Shown here: piece by piece, positions 48,307 to 56,613 of the stretch | How positions within the stretch are numbered: position 1 is the stretch's first letter | Layout: every line of letters begins with the position of its first letter | From: Thermoproteus sp. | Lineage (GTDB): Archaea; Thermoproteota; Thermoprotei; Thermoproteales; Thermoproteaceae | Reading direction: 5' to 3' | Assembly (NCBI GenBank): GCA_049976425.1 | Contig: JBMFIG010000005.1 | Span: 22,644-86,643 of the forward strand | DNA: 64,000 nucleotides | The notes under the pieces: generated by a model | The model's input: only the letters and a program-made list of their open reading frames with translations | Databases searched by the model: none | Told to the model about the DNA's origin: nothing | Translations under genes and position numbers: made by a program

Positions 48307-49377
48307 CTACGTCGAAGGCCCGCCTGCGCCGCGCGATATCAGGAGCCTCAGCGCGCCGACCAGTGCACGGGGCGCCTTTCTCGAGGTCGCCATGGCGAGC
48401 GCGAGCGTCTTGACGTGGTCGTCGTAGTCTATCGCCAAGAACTCGGAGCCGTGGAATATCCTTAAGGCCTCGTGGACAAATCCCTTGACATACATAAGCT
48501 CGTAGACGGCTCTGGCCGCTGAGAGCCTCAAGATAGTGGGCCGCATAGAGTATTCATACGCCGAAGGGTCCCCCGTCCTCAACGCCTCGCCGAAGGACGC
48601 CCCGCTCTTTATAGCGAGTATTATGCCGCCGCCGCTTAACGGTTTAGTTAGGCCGGCCGCATCGCCTAGAAGCGCGACGTTGCCGTGGACGAGCCTCTTG
48701 AGAGGAGGTCCGGCCAACACGCCGCCGCCGAAAGGCTTGCCGACAGGCGTGCCTCCGACTATCTTCACTAACTTGCGTAGCTTGTCCACTACGCAACATC
48801 TGTCTGCGAGCCCTACCCTATATACGCCTCTGTCTATCTCGACTATCCAAGAGAAGTAGGCCTCCGAGAGCTTCTTGTTGTACACGACGGTTATACCCGA
48901 GAGGCCTATGTCGCTCTTCACGTCTACCTGGAGGCCGGGCAATCTGGTGACCTCGCCGTAAATATGCGAGAACCTCCTGACAGCCCCCTCAGCTATAGCT
49001 ACGTAGTCGTAAGGCCCGCGCCTGCCAGCTGACGTGTATACATATTGGCCCCTTATCGCCTCCACCCTCACGCCGAGCTTCAGCGAGGGGACGCCCTCAG
49101 AGAGCCGCCTCTCTAGCCCCGGCCTATCGAGGAGGTAGACGCCGTCTCTCACCTTGAACCATATCCAATGTCCTTGTAGGTCCGTCACCAGAAGTTCGTT
49201 GTATTTGTTCAAAACCGTATCGGGCGGTATGCCGACCTCCTCGGCAGATCGTCCGCTGACCAGGCTGGTGCAGTGGCGCGGGAGCCCTACCTCAGAGTGC
49301 TCCTCGTAGACGTCCGCGTCGATCCGCGAGGCCAGGGATAAACCCGCGGGCCCCGCGCCGATTACAGCGACGCGCAC
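48307..49377 (-). CDS. Geranylgeranyl reductase-family FAD oxidoreductase
   Basis: VIGAGPAG, VGLPRHCT, YFSW, LGDAAGLTKPLSGGGI. Confidence 0.87.
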   Translation of the reverse strand: MRVAVIGAGPAGLSLASRIDADVYEEHSEVGLPRHCTSLVSGRSAEEVGIPPDTVLNKYNELLVTDLQGHWIWFKVRDGVYLLDRPGLERRLSEGVPSLKLGVRVEAIRGQYVYTSAGRRGPYDYVAIAEGAVRRFSHIYGEVTRLPGLQVDVKSDIGLSGITVVYNKKLSEAYFSWIVEIDRGVYRVGLADRCCVVDKLRKLVKIVGGTPVGKPFGGGVLAGPPLKRLVHGNVALLGDAAGLTKPLSGGGIILAIKSGASFGEALRTGDPSAYEYSMRPTILRLSAARAVYELMYVKGFVHEALRIFHGSEFLAIDYDDHVKTLALAMATSRKAPRALVGALRLLISRGAGGPST

Positions 49378-49470
49378 CGTATCGGTTTATGGCGTATTAA
49401 TATACCTAGTATCCCCTACGCAGATAACAACGTACGAGGGCGGACAGGAGCTCGCCACGGCGAGTTCGGC

Positions 49471-49863
49471 TTAGTCCTCTGTAGGTTGTTTTTTGAGCCA
49501 GCCCAACGAGCCAATGTCCACGCCCTGTCCAGTTTTTATGAGGGATACCATGTTCCAAGTTATCAGCGCGATTATTATATGCCGGCATATAAGGCCCTTG
49601 ATGGTGTTGGCCTCGCAAGTGCACTTAGCGCCGTAGGGACCCACCGAGACGTAGTGCCACACGCCCCTTCTGCTACTGGACTCGACGGCCATGCGGACGC
49701 CCAATACCCTACCCCTCTCCTCGACGATCTCCAATATCCGGGCGCGCCTCGGCTCTACCGAGAAGTAGAGATCGAGTATCTTAGAGAGCCTTACGCCTAA
49801 GGTTCCCGAGAGGTCGAGAAGGAAGCGCCTAGCCCCTTCTTCCAAGGCCTCTGCCGAGCCCAT
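49471..49863 (-). CDS. SWIM zinc-finger protein
   Basis: CTCEA...ICRHII (CxC-xn-CxH). Confidence 0.8.
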   Translation of the reverse strand: MGSAEALEEGARRFLLDLSGTLGVRLSKILDLYFSVEPRRARILEIVEERGRVLGVRMAVESSSRRGVWHYVSVGPYGAKCTCEANTIKGLICRHIIIALITWNMVSLIKTGQGVDIGSLGWLKKQPTED

Positions 49864-50650
49864 CTACGAACTCCCTCGTGCCCGCCAATAAAGATATCCC
49901 CCGCGCCTCCAGCGAGTAATCTCCTAGTATTATGTACTCCATGCCGAGAGCTCTGCCGATCAGCAACGCCGCCGCCACGTCGAGCATCCTCAGCTTGCCT
50001 CTTAGATCCGCGAACCCCACGGCGGCGCCGAGGCCTGTTAGGAGGAGCTCGTAGCTGGAGCATCCAAGGCTACGCCCCTTGAGGCCCATTGACGATATGA
50101 GCGAGTAGACCTCGTGAGGCACGGACTCTCCCATGGCGACGAAGGCCACGTTCGCCGCGGCCTCAGCCCTCTTAAGAGGCGCGCCGTTTTTAGACGGCGG
50201 GGATCCAGGCCCCAGAGAGTATATCTCGCCGGTGGACGGAACCGCCAACACGGCGTACTCCAAGTCGTCGAGCTTCCCTGTGCGGTTGCGGCCCGCCGCT
50301 ATCGAGATCGTGAATACGGGGATCCCGAGGGAGTAATTTAGAGAGCCGTCGAGGGGATCCAGCACAAAGACGTAGCGTTCGTCGCCCCATCTGTAGATCC
50401 CGCCCTCCTCCGCTATGAGGACCCCGCCCTCGAAGGCCCCCCGCAACGCCGTGTATATGTACTCCTCCATCTGGGCGTCCACGGCCCTCGTCACGTCGTC
50501 GCCTCGGCGGGCCACGATCTCCAGCCCTTTGCCGTCCTTGAAGTGACTCCACAAGATCCAAGAGGCCTTGGCCGCTATGGCCTCAAGCCTTCCCAGCACG
50601 GCGTAAATAGCCGGCCCATATAAAAATTCAGCCAAAGCGCCACCGGCCAT
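49829..50650 (-). CDS. Inositol monophosphatase / FBPase family
   Basis: IAEEG, LDPLDGSLNY, RSLGC, LDVAAA. Confidence 0.9.
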   Translation of the reverse strand: MAGGALAEFLYGPAIYAVLGRLEAIAAKASWILWSHFKDGKGLEIVARRGDDVTRAVDAQMEEYIYTALRGAFEGGVLIAEEGGIYRWGDERYVFVLDPLDGSLNYSLGIPVFTISIAAGRNRTGKLDDLEYAVLAVPSTGEIYSLGPGSPPSKNGAPLKRAEAAANVAFVAMGESVPHEVYSLISSMGLKGRSLGCSSYELLLTGLGAAVGFADLRGKLRMLDVAAALLIGRALGMEYIILGDYSLEARGISLLAGTREFVDGLGRGLGRRG

Positions 50651-50711
50651 CTATGCCCGTAACCCTGACTACATCATCTGGAGATAAAAACCACCTCGGT
50701 TTATATATACG

Positions 50712-50761
50712 GTGAGGATGAGCGACGCGCCGATCGGTGACGACTAGGAGGTGAGCGCCGA
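50712..50761 (+). ncRNA. Candidate C/D box sRNA
   Basis: GTGAGGA-tgagcgacgcg-CCGA-tcg-GTGACGA-ctaggaggtgagcg-CCGA. Confidence 0.65.
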
Positions 50762-50814
50762 TCTCGGCTTGATATCGGCCACGAAACGTTATATATCGGG
50801 CAGTACGGGGCGAC

Positions 50815-51168
50815 GTGGGAGGACGGAGAAGGAGGAGGAAGATCATAGTTAGGCCCAAGAGGACCATACCCAAGATATTTGTATGCCCCAACTGCGGTGC
50901 GCAGACAGTCAACGTCAAGAGGATAGGGGATAGATACGTCGTCATCTGCGGCACATGCGGGCTGAGGGAGGAGTTCGAGGAGCATCCCCGTTGGACCGCC
51001 GTGGACTACTACAACGCCTTCGTGGACCACTTCCTCGAGGGCAAGATAAAGCCGCCCGAAGCCGAACAAGGGAGCGGCGCCGAGGCTACTGCCGAAGGCG
51101 AGGCGGAGCCGGGCGAGGCTGGCGGGGGAGGGGCCGAGGAGGAGGGCGAGGGCCATGAAGGTCCTTGA
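50815..51168 (+). CDS. elf1: Transcription elongation factor Elf1
   Basis: MGGRRRRRK basic N-terminus, FVCPNCG...[14 protein letters not shown], acidic tail. Confidence 0.88.
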   Translation: MGGRRRRRKIIVRPKRTIPKIFVCPNCGAQTVNVKRIGDRYVVICGTCGLREEFEEHPRWTAVDYYNAFVDHFLEGKIKPPEAEQGSGAEATAEGEAEPGEAGGGGAEEEGEGHEGP

Positions 51169-51883
51169 ATATATATCGGAGGGAGTCAAGCACTTCACGC
51201 TTCTCGATCCCGACAAATCCGTCGACTACCTTAAGATAGCCAAGACGGCGTTGGACGCCGGGACGGACGGCCTCCTCGTCGGAGGCTCTCTGGGCATCCC
51301 ATCGGAGGAGCTCGACGAGGTTGTGAAGGACTTGAAATCCGTCGCGCACGTCCCGGTGGTTCTATTTCCAGGCACCATATGCCAAATCACGCCGAGGGCC
51401 GACGCGATACTGTTCCTAAGCGTATTGAACTCGCAGGATCCGTACTTCATAATAGGCGCCCAACTACAAGGCGCCGTCATACTCGCAAAGCATTACCCTC
51501 AGCTGGAGGTCATATCCACCGCATACCTGCTGGTCGGCGACGGCGGGGCGGCGGGATATATAAGTTCGGCTCGCCCCATCCCGCTGAGAAGGCCGGACAT
51601 AGCGGTCGCCTACGCGCTCGCCGCGAGGTACATGGGGTTCAACGCTGTGTATCTAGAGGCCGGTAGCGGCGCGCCCGAGCCCGTCCCTACAGCCATGGTG
51701 AGGGCCGTCAGGAAGTACCTAGACAGAGTATTGATAGTCGGCGGCGGCATAAGGTCCGGCAAAGCCGCTGAGGAGATAGCGCGGGAGAGGCCCAACGTCA
51801 TAGTGACGGGCACAATAGCCGAGGAGCAACCGGAAAAACTGGGCGAGATAGTGCGCTCCATAAGAAGCGCCATAAAGCCTTAA
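51155..51883 (+). CDS. Geranylgeranylglyceryl phosphate synthase
   Basis: [39 protein letters not shown]. Confidence 0.92.
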   Translation: MKVLEYISEGVKHFTLLDPDKSVDYLKIAKTALDAGTDGLLVGGSLGIPSEELDEVVKDLKSVAHVPVVLFPGTICQITPRADAILFLSVLNSQDPYFIIGAQLQGAVILAKHYPQLEVISTAYLLVGDGGAAGYISSARPIPLRRPDIAVAYALAARYMGFNAVYLEAGSGAPEPVPTAMVRAVRKYLDRVLIVGGGIRSGKAAEEIARERPNVIVTGTIAEEQPEKLGEIVRSIRSAIKP

Positions 51884-51907
51884 AAACCTGTACATCAACG
51901 AGAGCGG

Positions 51908-51995
51908 GCGGGGGTGCCCGAGCCAGGTCAAAGGGGCAGGGTTGAGGTCCCTGTGGCGTAGGCCTGCGTGGGTTCAAATCCCACCCCCCGCACCA
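51908..51995 (+). tRNA. tRNA-Leu(GAG), CCA encoded
   Basis: GCGGGGG/CCCCCGC acceptor stem, CAGGG-TT-GAG-GT-CCCTG anticodon arm, long variable arm, GGTTCAAATCC T loop. Confidence 0.96.
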
Positions 51996-52183
51996 TTCTA
52001 CTCCTCTAGGCACGCCGAAAATCGGCGACGCAGTCGACGTACGGCGCCCCTCCCTTAACCGCGGTTTGAGAAGGAATGACGGGCCCATCCGGCTCCGCAC
52101 TCATACTCCTCCGAGACTACGGAGGCGTCGGCGGGCGGGGAACCGGGGGGTTGATACGGCCGGTATCTAGCTTAAAGAATTTT

Positions 52184-52232
52184 TCAGCCCATGCGATTGA
52201 GGTCACCTATCGCCCTATCGGGGTGTCATCAT
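52184..52232 (-). ncRNA. C/D box sRNA candidate
   Basis: Minus strand: ATGATGA-caccccgatagg-GCGA-tag-GTGACCT-caatcgcatggg-CTGA. Confidence 0.7.
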
Positions 52233-52258
52233 TAATAAGGCCAAGTCGGGCCGCTTTT

Positions 52259-52582
52259 ATGGAATTTGCCGAGAGGGCGGTCGCCAGATTTAGGGAGATC
52301 TTCGGCGCTGAGGCCGAGGTGGAGATATTAGAGGCAGGGCGGGACTTCGTCAAGGCGAAATTCGGCGGGAATATGTGCTATACCTGCGGCACGTACGACT
52401 ACTTCGAGGATTTCGCCTACATGCTCGGCGACGAGGCCGGCGAGGAGTGGGCGGTGTCCGGATACGAACAACTGGACAGCGGAGAGTACGTCGTCGAGTT
52501 TAGGCCGAAGCGGCTGGTGGAGAGGGCCACACGGCATATCAAGATCGTCTTGGACGGCTTCTCCCTCGACTTAAAGGTCTGA
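52259..52582 (+). CDS. Hypothetical protein with CxxC (Nfu-like pattern), 107 aa
   Basis: ATG at 52259; VKAKFGGNMCYTCGTYDYFEDF. Confidence 0.72.
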   Translation: MEFAERAVARFREIFGAEAEVEILEAGRDFVKAKFGGNMCYTCGTYDYFEDFAYMLGDEAGEEWAVSGYEQLDSGEYVVEFRPKRLVERATRHIKIVLDGFSLDLKV

Positions 52583-53342
52583 AAGCCGCGTCTACCTCTC
52601 TGAGGGCCTCCAACAACGACTTCTCAGAGATCATCGCCGCATTGGCCACGTCCTTGGGCTCTAGCTTGTATCCGTGCGCCCTCGCCGAGAGTAGAAAAGC
52701 CGCGGCCTGGGCTATCTTGCCCCGTCCGACCACCGGCATTATTAGGCGCAGGATATCCAGCGCATTTTTGACGACGCCCTTATCAACGCCTAGATCTTCC
52801 GCGATTTTGAACATGAAGTATTTAGGCGGAGGCGGCGGCATGGAGACCCCCGCCGTCCTCTGGACCCACAACGCCCTTCTGGCGAGACGGCGGATGTCGT
52901 AGCCCTTAAACATATGGTCGGCGTATATCTTGGCGAGCCTGCAGGATACGAACAGGATCGCGGCGGCGGCGTACTCCACGTCGCCGGCTCTGCCCACGCG
53001 CGCCGCCAGCGCCTCCCCCGTATGTATACAGACCTTGGGCAAGCCCAAGTACGAGCCGAGCCTCTCCACCTCGGCGGAGATCCTACTGCCCGGCCTCTTG
53101 GCGATAGCTCTATAGATCTTGAACTTCGGCGTTACTATACCTCTCACGTCTCTCCAATCGTACTCGGTCCCGCCCTCAAGAGGCACGTAATCCGCGAGCT
53201 TCTTCGAGGCGGAGGGCCCCGCCGCAACAGCCGGCCCCAGCACGGTCCCGCAACTCCTACACACGACGAGTCCCTCGGAGTTCAGCGAGAGGTCGCGCCC
53301 TCCGCAGACCGGACATGCGCCGAGCTCGACTATGAGGCTCAC
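52539..53342 (-). CDS. Divergent transcription initiation factor B (TFB) paralog
   Basis: CPVCG...VVCRSCGTVL Zn ribbon; two cyclin-like repeats (AAAILFVSCR, AAAFLLSAR); GTG start at 53342 preferred. Confidence 0.8.
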   Translation of the reverse strand: MSLIVELGACPVCGGRDLSLNSEGLVVCRSCGTVLGPAVAAGPSASKKLADYVPLEGGTEYDWRDVRGIVTPKFKIYRAIAKRPGSRISAEVERLGSYLGLPKVCIHTGEALAARVGRAGDVEYAAAAILFVSCRLAKIYADHMFKGYDIRRLARRALWVQRTAGVSMPPPPPKYFMFKIAEDLGVDKGVVKNALDILRLIMPVVGRGKIAQAAAFLLSARAHGYKLEPKDVANAAMISEKSLLEALREVDAAFRPLSRGRSRPRRS

Positions 53343-53400
53343 GAAGATCGTCGAGATTTTAAAGCAGCTAATCCTTTTAACTCCCTGCGCGGTATTTTCC

Positions 53401-54390
53401 ATGAAGGCTTACATGGCGCGCGGCCCCGGCGCCGAGCTCGAGCTCGTGGAGGTCGAGAGGCCTAGACCGGGTCCGGGAAAGGCCCTCGTGAGGGTGAAGG
53501 CGGCGGGGATATGCTATAGGGATTATCTGGCTTGGACCGGGTGGCAGAGGGTGAAGTTCCCCACGGTTCCGGGCCATGAATATGCCGGCGTGGTCGAGGA
53601 GGTGGGCCCCGGAATCTCGTCGGTGTCGCCCGGCGATCGTGTGGCTGGCATGATGTACGAGTATTGCGGCGAGTGCGAGTACTGCAGATCCGGGCGGGAG
53701 AATCTATGTAAAAACAAGAAGGTGTTCGGCGAAGATCTGTGGGGCGCCTTCGCCGAATATATAGTGGCCGACGCTAAGTCTTTGGTCAAGATCCCCGACA
53801 ACGTCGACTTCGCCGCCGCGTCTTTCGCCGCCTGCGTCCTCTCGACTCTCGTAAGGGCGGCTAGGAGGACGGGGATAGGACAAGGCCACCTCGTCGTGGT
53901 GACGGGCGCGTCGGGCGGCGTGGGGATCCACGCGTTGCAGATAGCGAAGGCCTACGGGGCAAAAACCGTCGGCGTGACTAGGCCGGAGAAGGCCGAATAC
54001 GTGGCCAAATACGCCGACTATGTGGTGGCGAAACAAGACTTCGCCGACGAGGTGAAGAAGATGGGCTATGCCGACGTTGTCATCGAGACGGTCGGAGGCC
54101 CCACCATAGGCCAGTCCGCAAGGGCGCTGAAGCCCGGGGGCAAGATCGCCCTAATAGGCAACGTTGACCCCAATCCGCAACAGATTCAGCTGGGGCTTTA
54201 CATACTTAAGGAGATAGACGTACTGCCAGTGCTACAGGGCACAAGAGCCGATCTAGCGGAGGCGTTGAGGCTCTTGTCGGAGGGCAAGGTGAGGCCCGTG
54301 TATACTCTCCATAAGTTCGCCGAGTTGCCGCGGTTGCTGGCCGAGATGCCTAAGGCGAAACACGTGGGGAGGCAAGTGGTGGAGGTCTAG
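53401..54390 (+). CDS. Zinc-dependent alcohol dehydrogenase / acryloyl-CoA reductase family
   Basis: GICYRD, PGHEYAG, CGECEYCRSGRENLC, TGASGGVG. Confidence 0.9.
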   Translation: MKAYMARGPGAELELVEVERPRPGPGKALVRVKAAGICYRDYLAWTGWQRVKFPTVPGHEYAGVVEEVGPGISSVSPGDRVAGMMYEYCGECEYCRSGRENLCKNKKVFGEDLWGAFAEYIVADAKSLVKIPDNVDFAAASFAACVLSTLVRAARRTGIGQGHLVVVTGASGGVGIHALQIAKAYGAKTVGVTRPEKAEYVAKYADYVVAKQDFADEVKKMGYADVVIETVGGPTIGQSARALKPGGKIALIGNVDPNPQQIQLGLYILKEIDVLPVLQGTRADLAEALRLLSEGKVRPVYTLHKFAELPRLLAEMPKAKHVGRQVVEV

Positions 54391-54473
54391 CAAGCGCGTT
54401 TTCTGAACCTAAGCACCGTCACCGCTATCACTATCGCGTATATCGACGCCACGATCGCCGTGTCCAAGCCCAC
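54387..54473 (-). CDS. Putative 28-aa single-TM microprotein (not in the ORF track)
   Basis: MGLDTAIVASIYAIVIAVTVLRFRKRAC; TTTAAA about 22 nt upstream; hydrophobic helix followed by basic tail. Confidence 0.5.
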   Translation of the reverse strand: MGLDTAIVASIYAIVIAVTVLRFRKRAC

Positions 54474-54494
54474 CGACGTTTTGAAGCCAAAGGA

Positions 54495-54502
54495 TTTAAA
54501 TA
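54495..54502. promoter_or_regulatory. TATA box (TTTAAATA), possibly bidirectional
   Basis: Lies about 20 nt from ATG 54520 on + and GTG 54473 on -. Confidence 0.55.
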
Positions 54503-54541
54503 GGTTAGTTCTCTGCCCCATGGAGATCAGTCCCCCAAACC

Positions 54542-55252
54542 GTGGGGATTATAGGTCTGGGCAAGCTGGGCTCCGCGCTCGGGCTGAGGCTTAGGGAGAA
54601 GGGATATAGGGTAATCGGGTCGGTCAAAACTTCTGGATCCCTCGAGAGGGCCTCCAAGCTGGGCTTCGAGGTTCATCTAGACAACAACCTCGTGGTCGAC
54701 AAGAGCGACGTTGTGTTCCTCTCGGTCAAGCCCTATAACGTAGCCGAGGTGGCGATAAAGACCGACAAGCCCGTGGTGTCCTTCGTCGCTGGGGTGCCTC
54801 TGGCGAGGATCTCGGGCCTATCTACGAGGCCCTACAGGGCCATGACGAACATAGGCCTCACCGCCATCGCGGTATCCGGCGAATACGACAAGGAGGTAGA
54901 TAATTTGCTCAAATCGCTGGCTCCCGTAGTTCTGTGGGTAGAGGAGAAACTTCTCGATCCCCTAACGGTGGTGTTGGGTAGCGGCCCCGCGTTGGTGGCG
55001 AAGCTCCTCCGTGCATATGTGGAGGCCGCGGTGAACGTGGGAGTGCCCTGGGACCTAGCTAAAAGCATTGCTTCTGGCCTGTTCTCGACGGCCCCCCAGC
55101 TCGTCGAGAGGCTCGGATACGACGGCGTGGTGGAGGCCGTGGCCACGCCGGGCGGCACCACGATAAGGGCGATAACCAGAATGGCGGGCTTGGAAGGCCT
55201 TCTAGCTACGGCGGTTGAGGAGGCCGTGGCCAGGCTAATACCCAAGTCTTGA
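54542..55252 (+). CDS. proC: Pyrroline-5-carboxylate reductase (true start may be ATG 54520 across a frameshift)
   Basis: GIIGLGKLG, FLSVKP, VSFVAGV, GSGPA, VATPGGTT. Confidence 0.88.
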   Translation: MGIIGLGKLGSALGLRLREKGYRVIGSVKTSGSLERASKLGFEVHLDNNLVVDKSDVVFLSVKPYNVAEVAIKTDKPVVSFVAGVPLARISGLSTRPYRAMTNIGLTAIAVSGEYDKEVDNLLKSLAPVVLWVEEKLLDPLTVVLGSGPALVAKLLRAYVEAAVNVGVPWDLAKSIASGLFSTAPQLVERLGYDGVVEAVATPGGTTIRAITRMAGLEGLLATAVEEAVARLIPKS

Positions 55253-55993
55253 CAACGCTTCGTAGAAGAGGCGGTAGGCCTCGTCGGGATCTACAGGCGG
55301 CGCGGGGGGCTTCCCCTTTTCCTTCAACGCCTTTATGAACTCGTCGACGGCCTCGCCAGCCTCCTCCGCGTATAGGGGCGCCGCGGCGTCTCCCAGAAGC
55401 GAGAAGGCGTAGACGGAGAGGTAGCGGAAAGAAGTGCCTCCGTACTTTTCGACAAGCGGCCAGCGCTCGGCGTATATCCTCGCGAGCGCGAGGCCGACGG
55501 CGTAGCTCAGCCCTATGGTGTACTTAACAAAACGCTCGTGCTCCTCGACAGATCCCTCCACGACCGATGCGCCCAGGCTCTCGAAGAAGGCGCGCGCCCG
55601 ATCGGCCCCGTTCTTGCCCGGGACCTCCATGACTACGACCTTCTTACCTCTTATAGTGTCGGCGCCGGGCCCGAACATGGGATGTGCAGTGGCCGCCGAC
55701 GCGCAGTCGGGGAGCGAGGCGTACGCCGGCAATACATATTTTTTAAACGTCGCTATGTCGAGGACCAGCCTACCGCAGATATCCCGCCCCGAGAGGGACT
55801 TGACAACGTCTCCAGCCTCCCTGAAGCCCACGGCCACTATAATCACGTCGCTCAACTCGACGAGCTCGTCGAGGGTCTCCACATCGCTTTTAGCCCTATC
55901 TATGTCGTACACCGCGGTGCGATACAGCCTGGAGATCTCCTTCTTAAGCCAAAGCCCCATGCGGCCGCCCCCCACTATTCCGACGGCCGTCAT
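55235..55993 (-). CDS. tyrA: Prephenate/arogenate dehydrogenase
   Basis: IVGGGRMG, LDIATFK, HPMFGPG, EEHE. Confidence 0.85.
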   Translation of the reverse strand: MTAVGIVGGGRMGLWLKKEISRLYRTAVYDIDRAKSDVETLDELVELSDVIIVAVGFREAGDVVKSLSGRDICGRLVLDIATFKKYVLPAYASLPDCASAATAHPMFGPGADTIRGKKVVVMEVPGKNGADRARAFFESLGASVVEGSVEEHERFVKYTIGLSYAVGLALARIYAERWPLVEKYGGTSFRYLSVYAFSLLGDAAAPLYAEEAGEAVDEFIKALKEKGKPPAPPVDPDEAYRLFYEALSRLGY

Positions 55994-56571
55994 ACGCCCC
56001 AGTCGGTCAACAGAGCTAGCGTAGAGTAGAGCCCGTGTTCCCCGGAGGCCCTCAAGGCGGCCGACAACGTGGCCAGAGAGGCCGGGCCGAGCCTCAATCC
56101 TTTAGGCAAGGGAGGCGGCGGAAGCGGAGGGCTGTACGCCGCGTCGGCCCAACTGCAGTCGCCGTCGCCGAGCCTAGCCGCCACTATCGTCAACCCCGGC
56201 TCGACCTCCCTCGCCCTCCTCGCCACGGCCTCCCCGAGGGCCCCCGTGTAGCAGGGCACAGCCAGGGAGTCCACGCCGGGGGCCATCGCCAGGATCTCGT
56301 GGGCCACTGTGTTGTAGTACGCCTCGACTACGAGGGCCCTATCGACGACCGTGGCGCCCTCTTCCCTGTCTCCTACACAATCGGAGCAGAGCACCTCGGC
56401 TATTTCCCTAAATCTGCCATCCTCGAAGTAAACCTTACGGAAACGCCCCAAGATATAGGCGAGGGGCAGAGCCTTTATCGAGCCGGTGAGGTTGAGGAAC
56501 AGCGGCATGCCCAAGATCCTACGCGGCCCCTCCCTTATAACCAGTCGGGATAGCTCCACGTACACCTCCAT
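55990..56571 (-). CDS. Truncated/degenerate PLP fold-type II (cysteine synthase-like) protein
   Basis: FLNLTGSIK and AYYNTVAHEI...DSLAVPCYTGAL...PGLTIVAA. Confidence 0.6.
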   Translation of the reverse strand: MEVYVELSRLVIREGPRRILGMPLFLNLTGSIKALPLAYILGRFRKVYFEDGRFREIAEVLCSDCVGDREEGATVVDRALVVEAYYNTVAHEILAMAPGVDSLAVPCYTGALGEAVARRAREVEPGLTIVAARLGDGDCSWADAAYSPPLPPPPLPKGLRLGPASLATLSAALRASGEHGLYSTLALLTDWGV

Positions 56572-56613
56572 GTCTAACTACTCAATTCAAATTTTAACTA
56601 CCCGCTTAATCGC

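Noticed and set aside
52006-52104. 32-aa minus-strand ORF with a GGAGG upstream, next to tRNA-Leu(GAG)
   Set aside because: Too short, no motif and no clear promoter; cannot be supported
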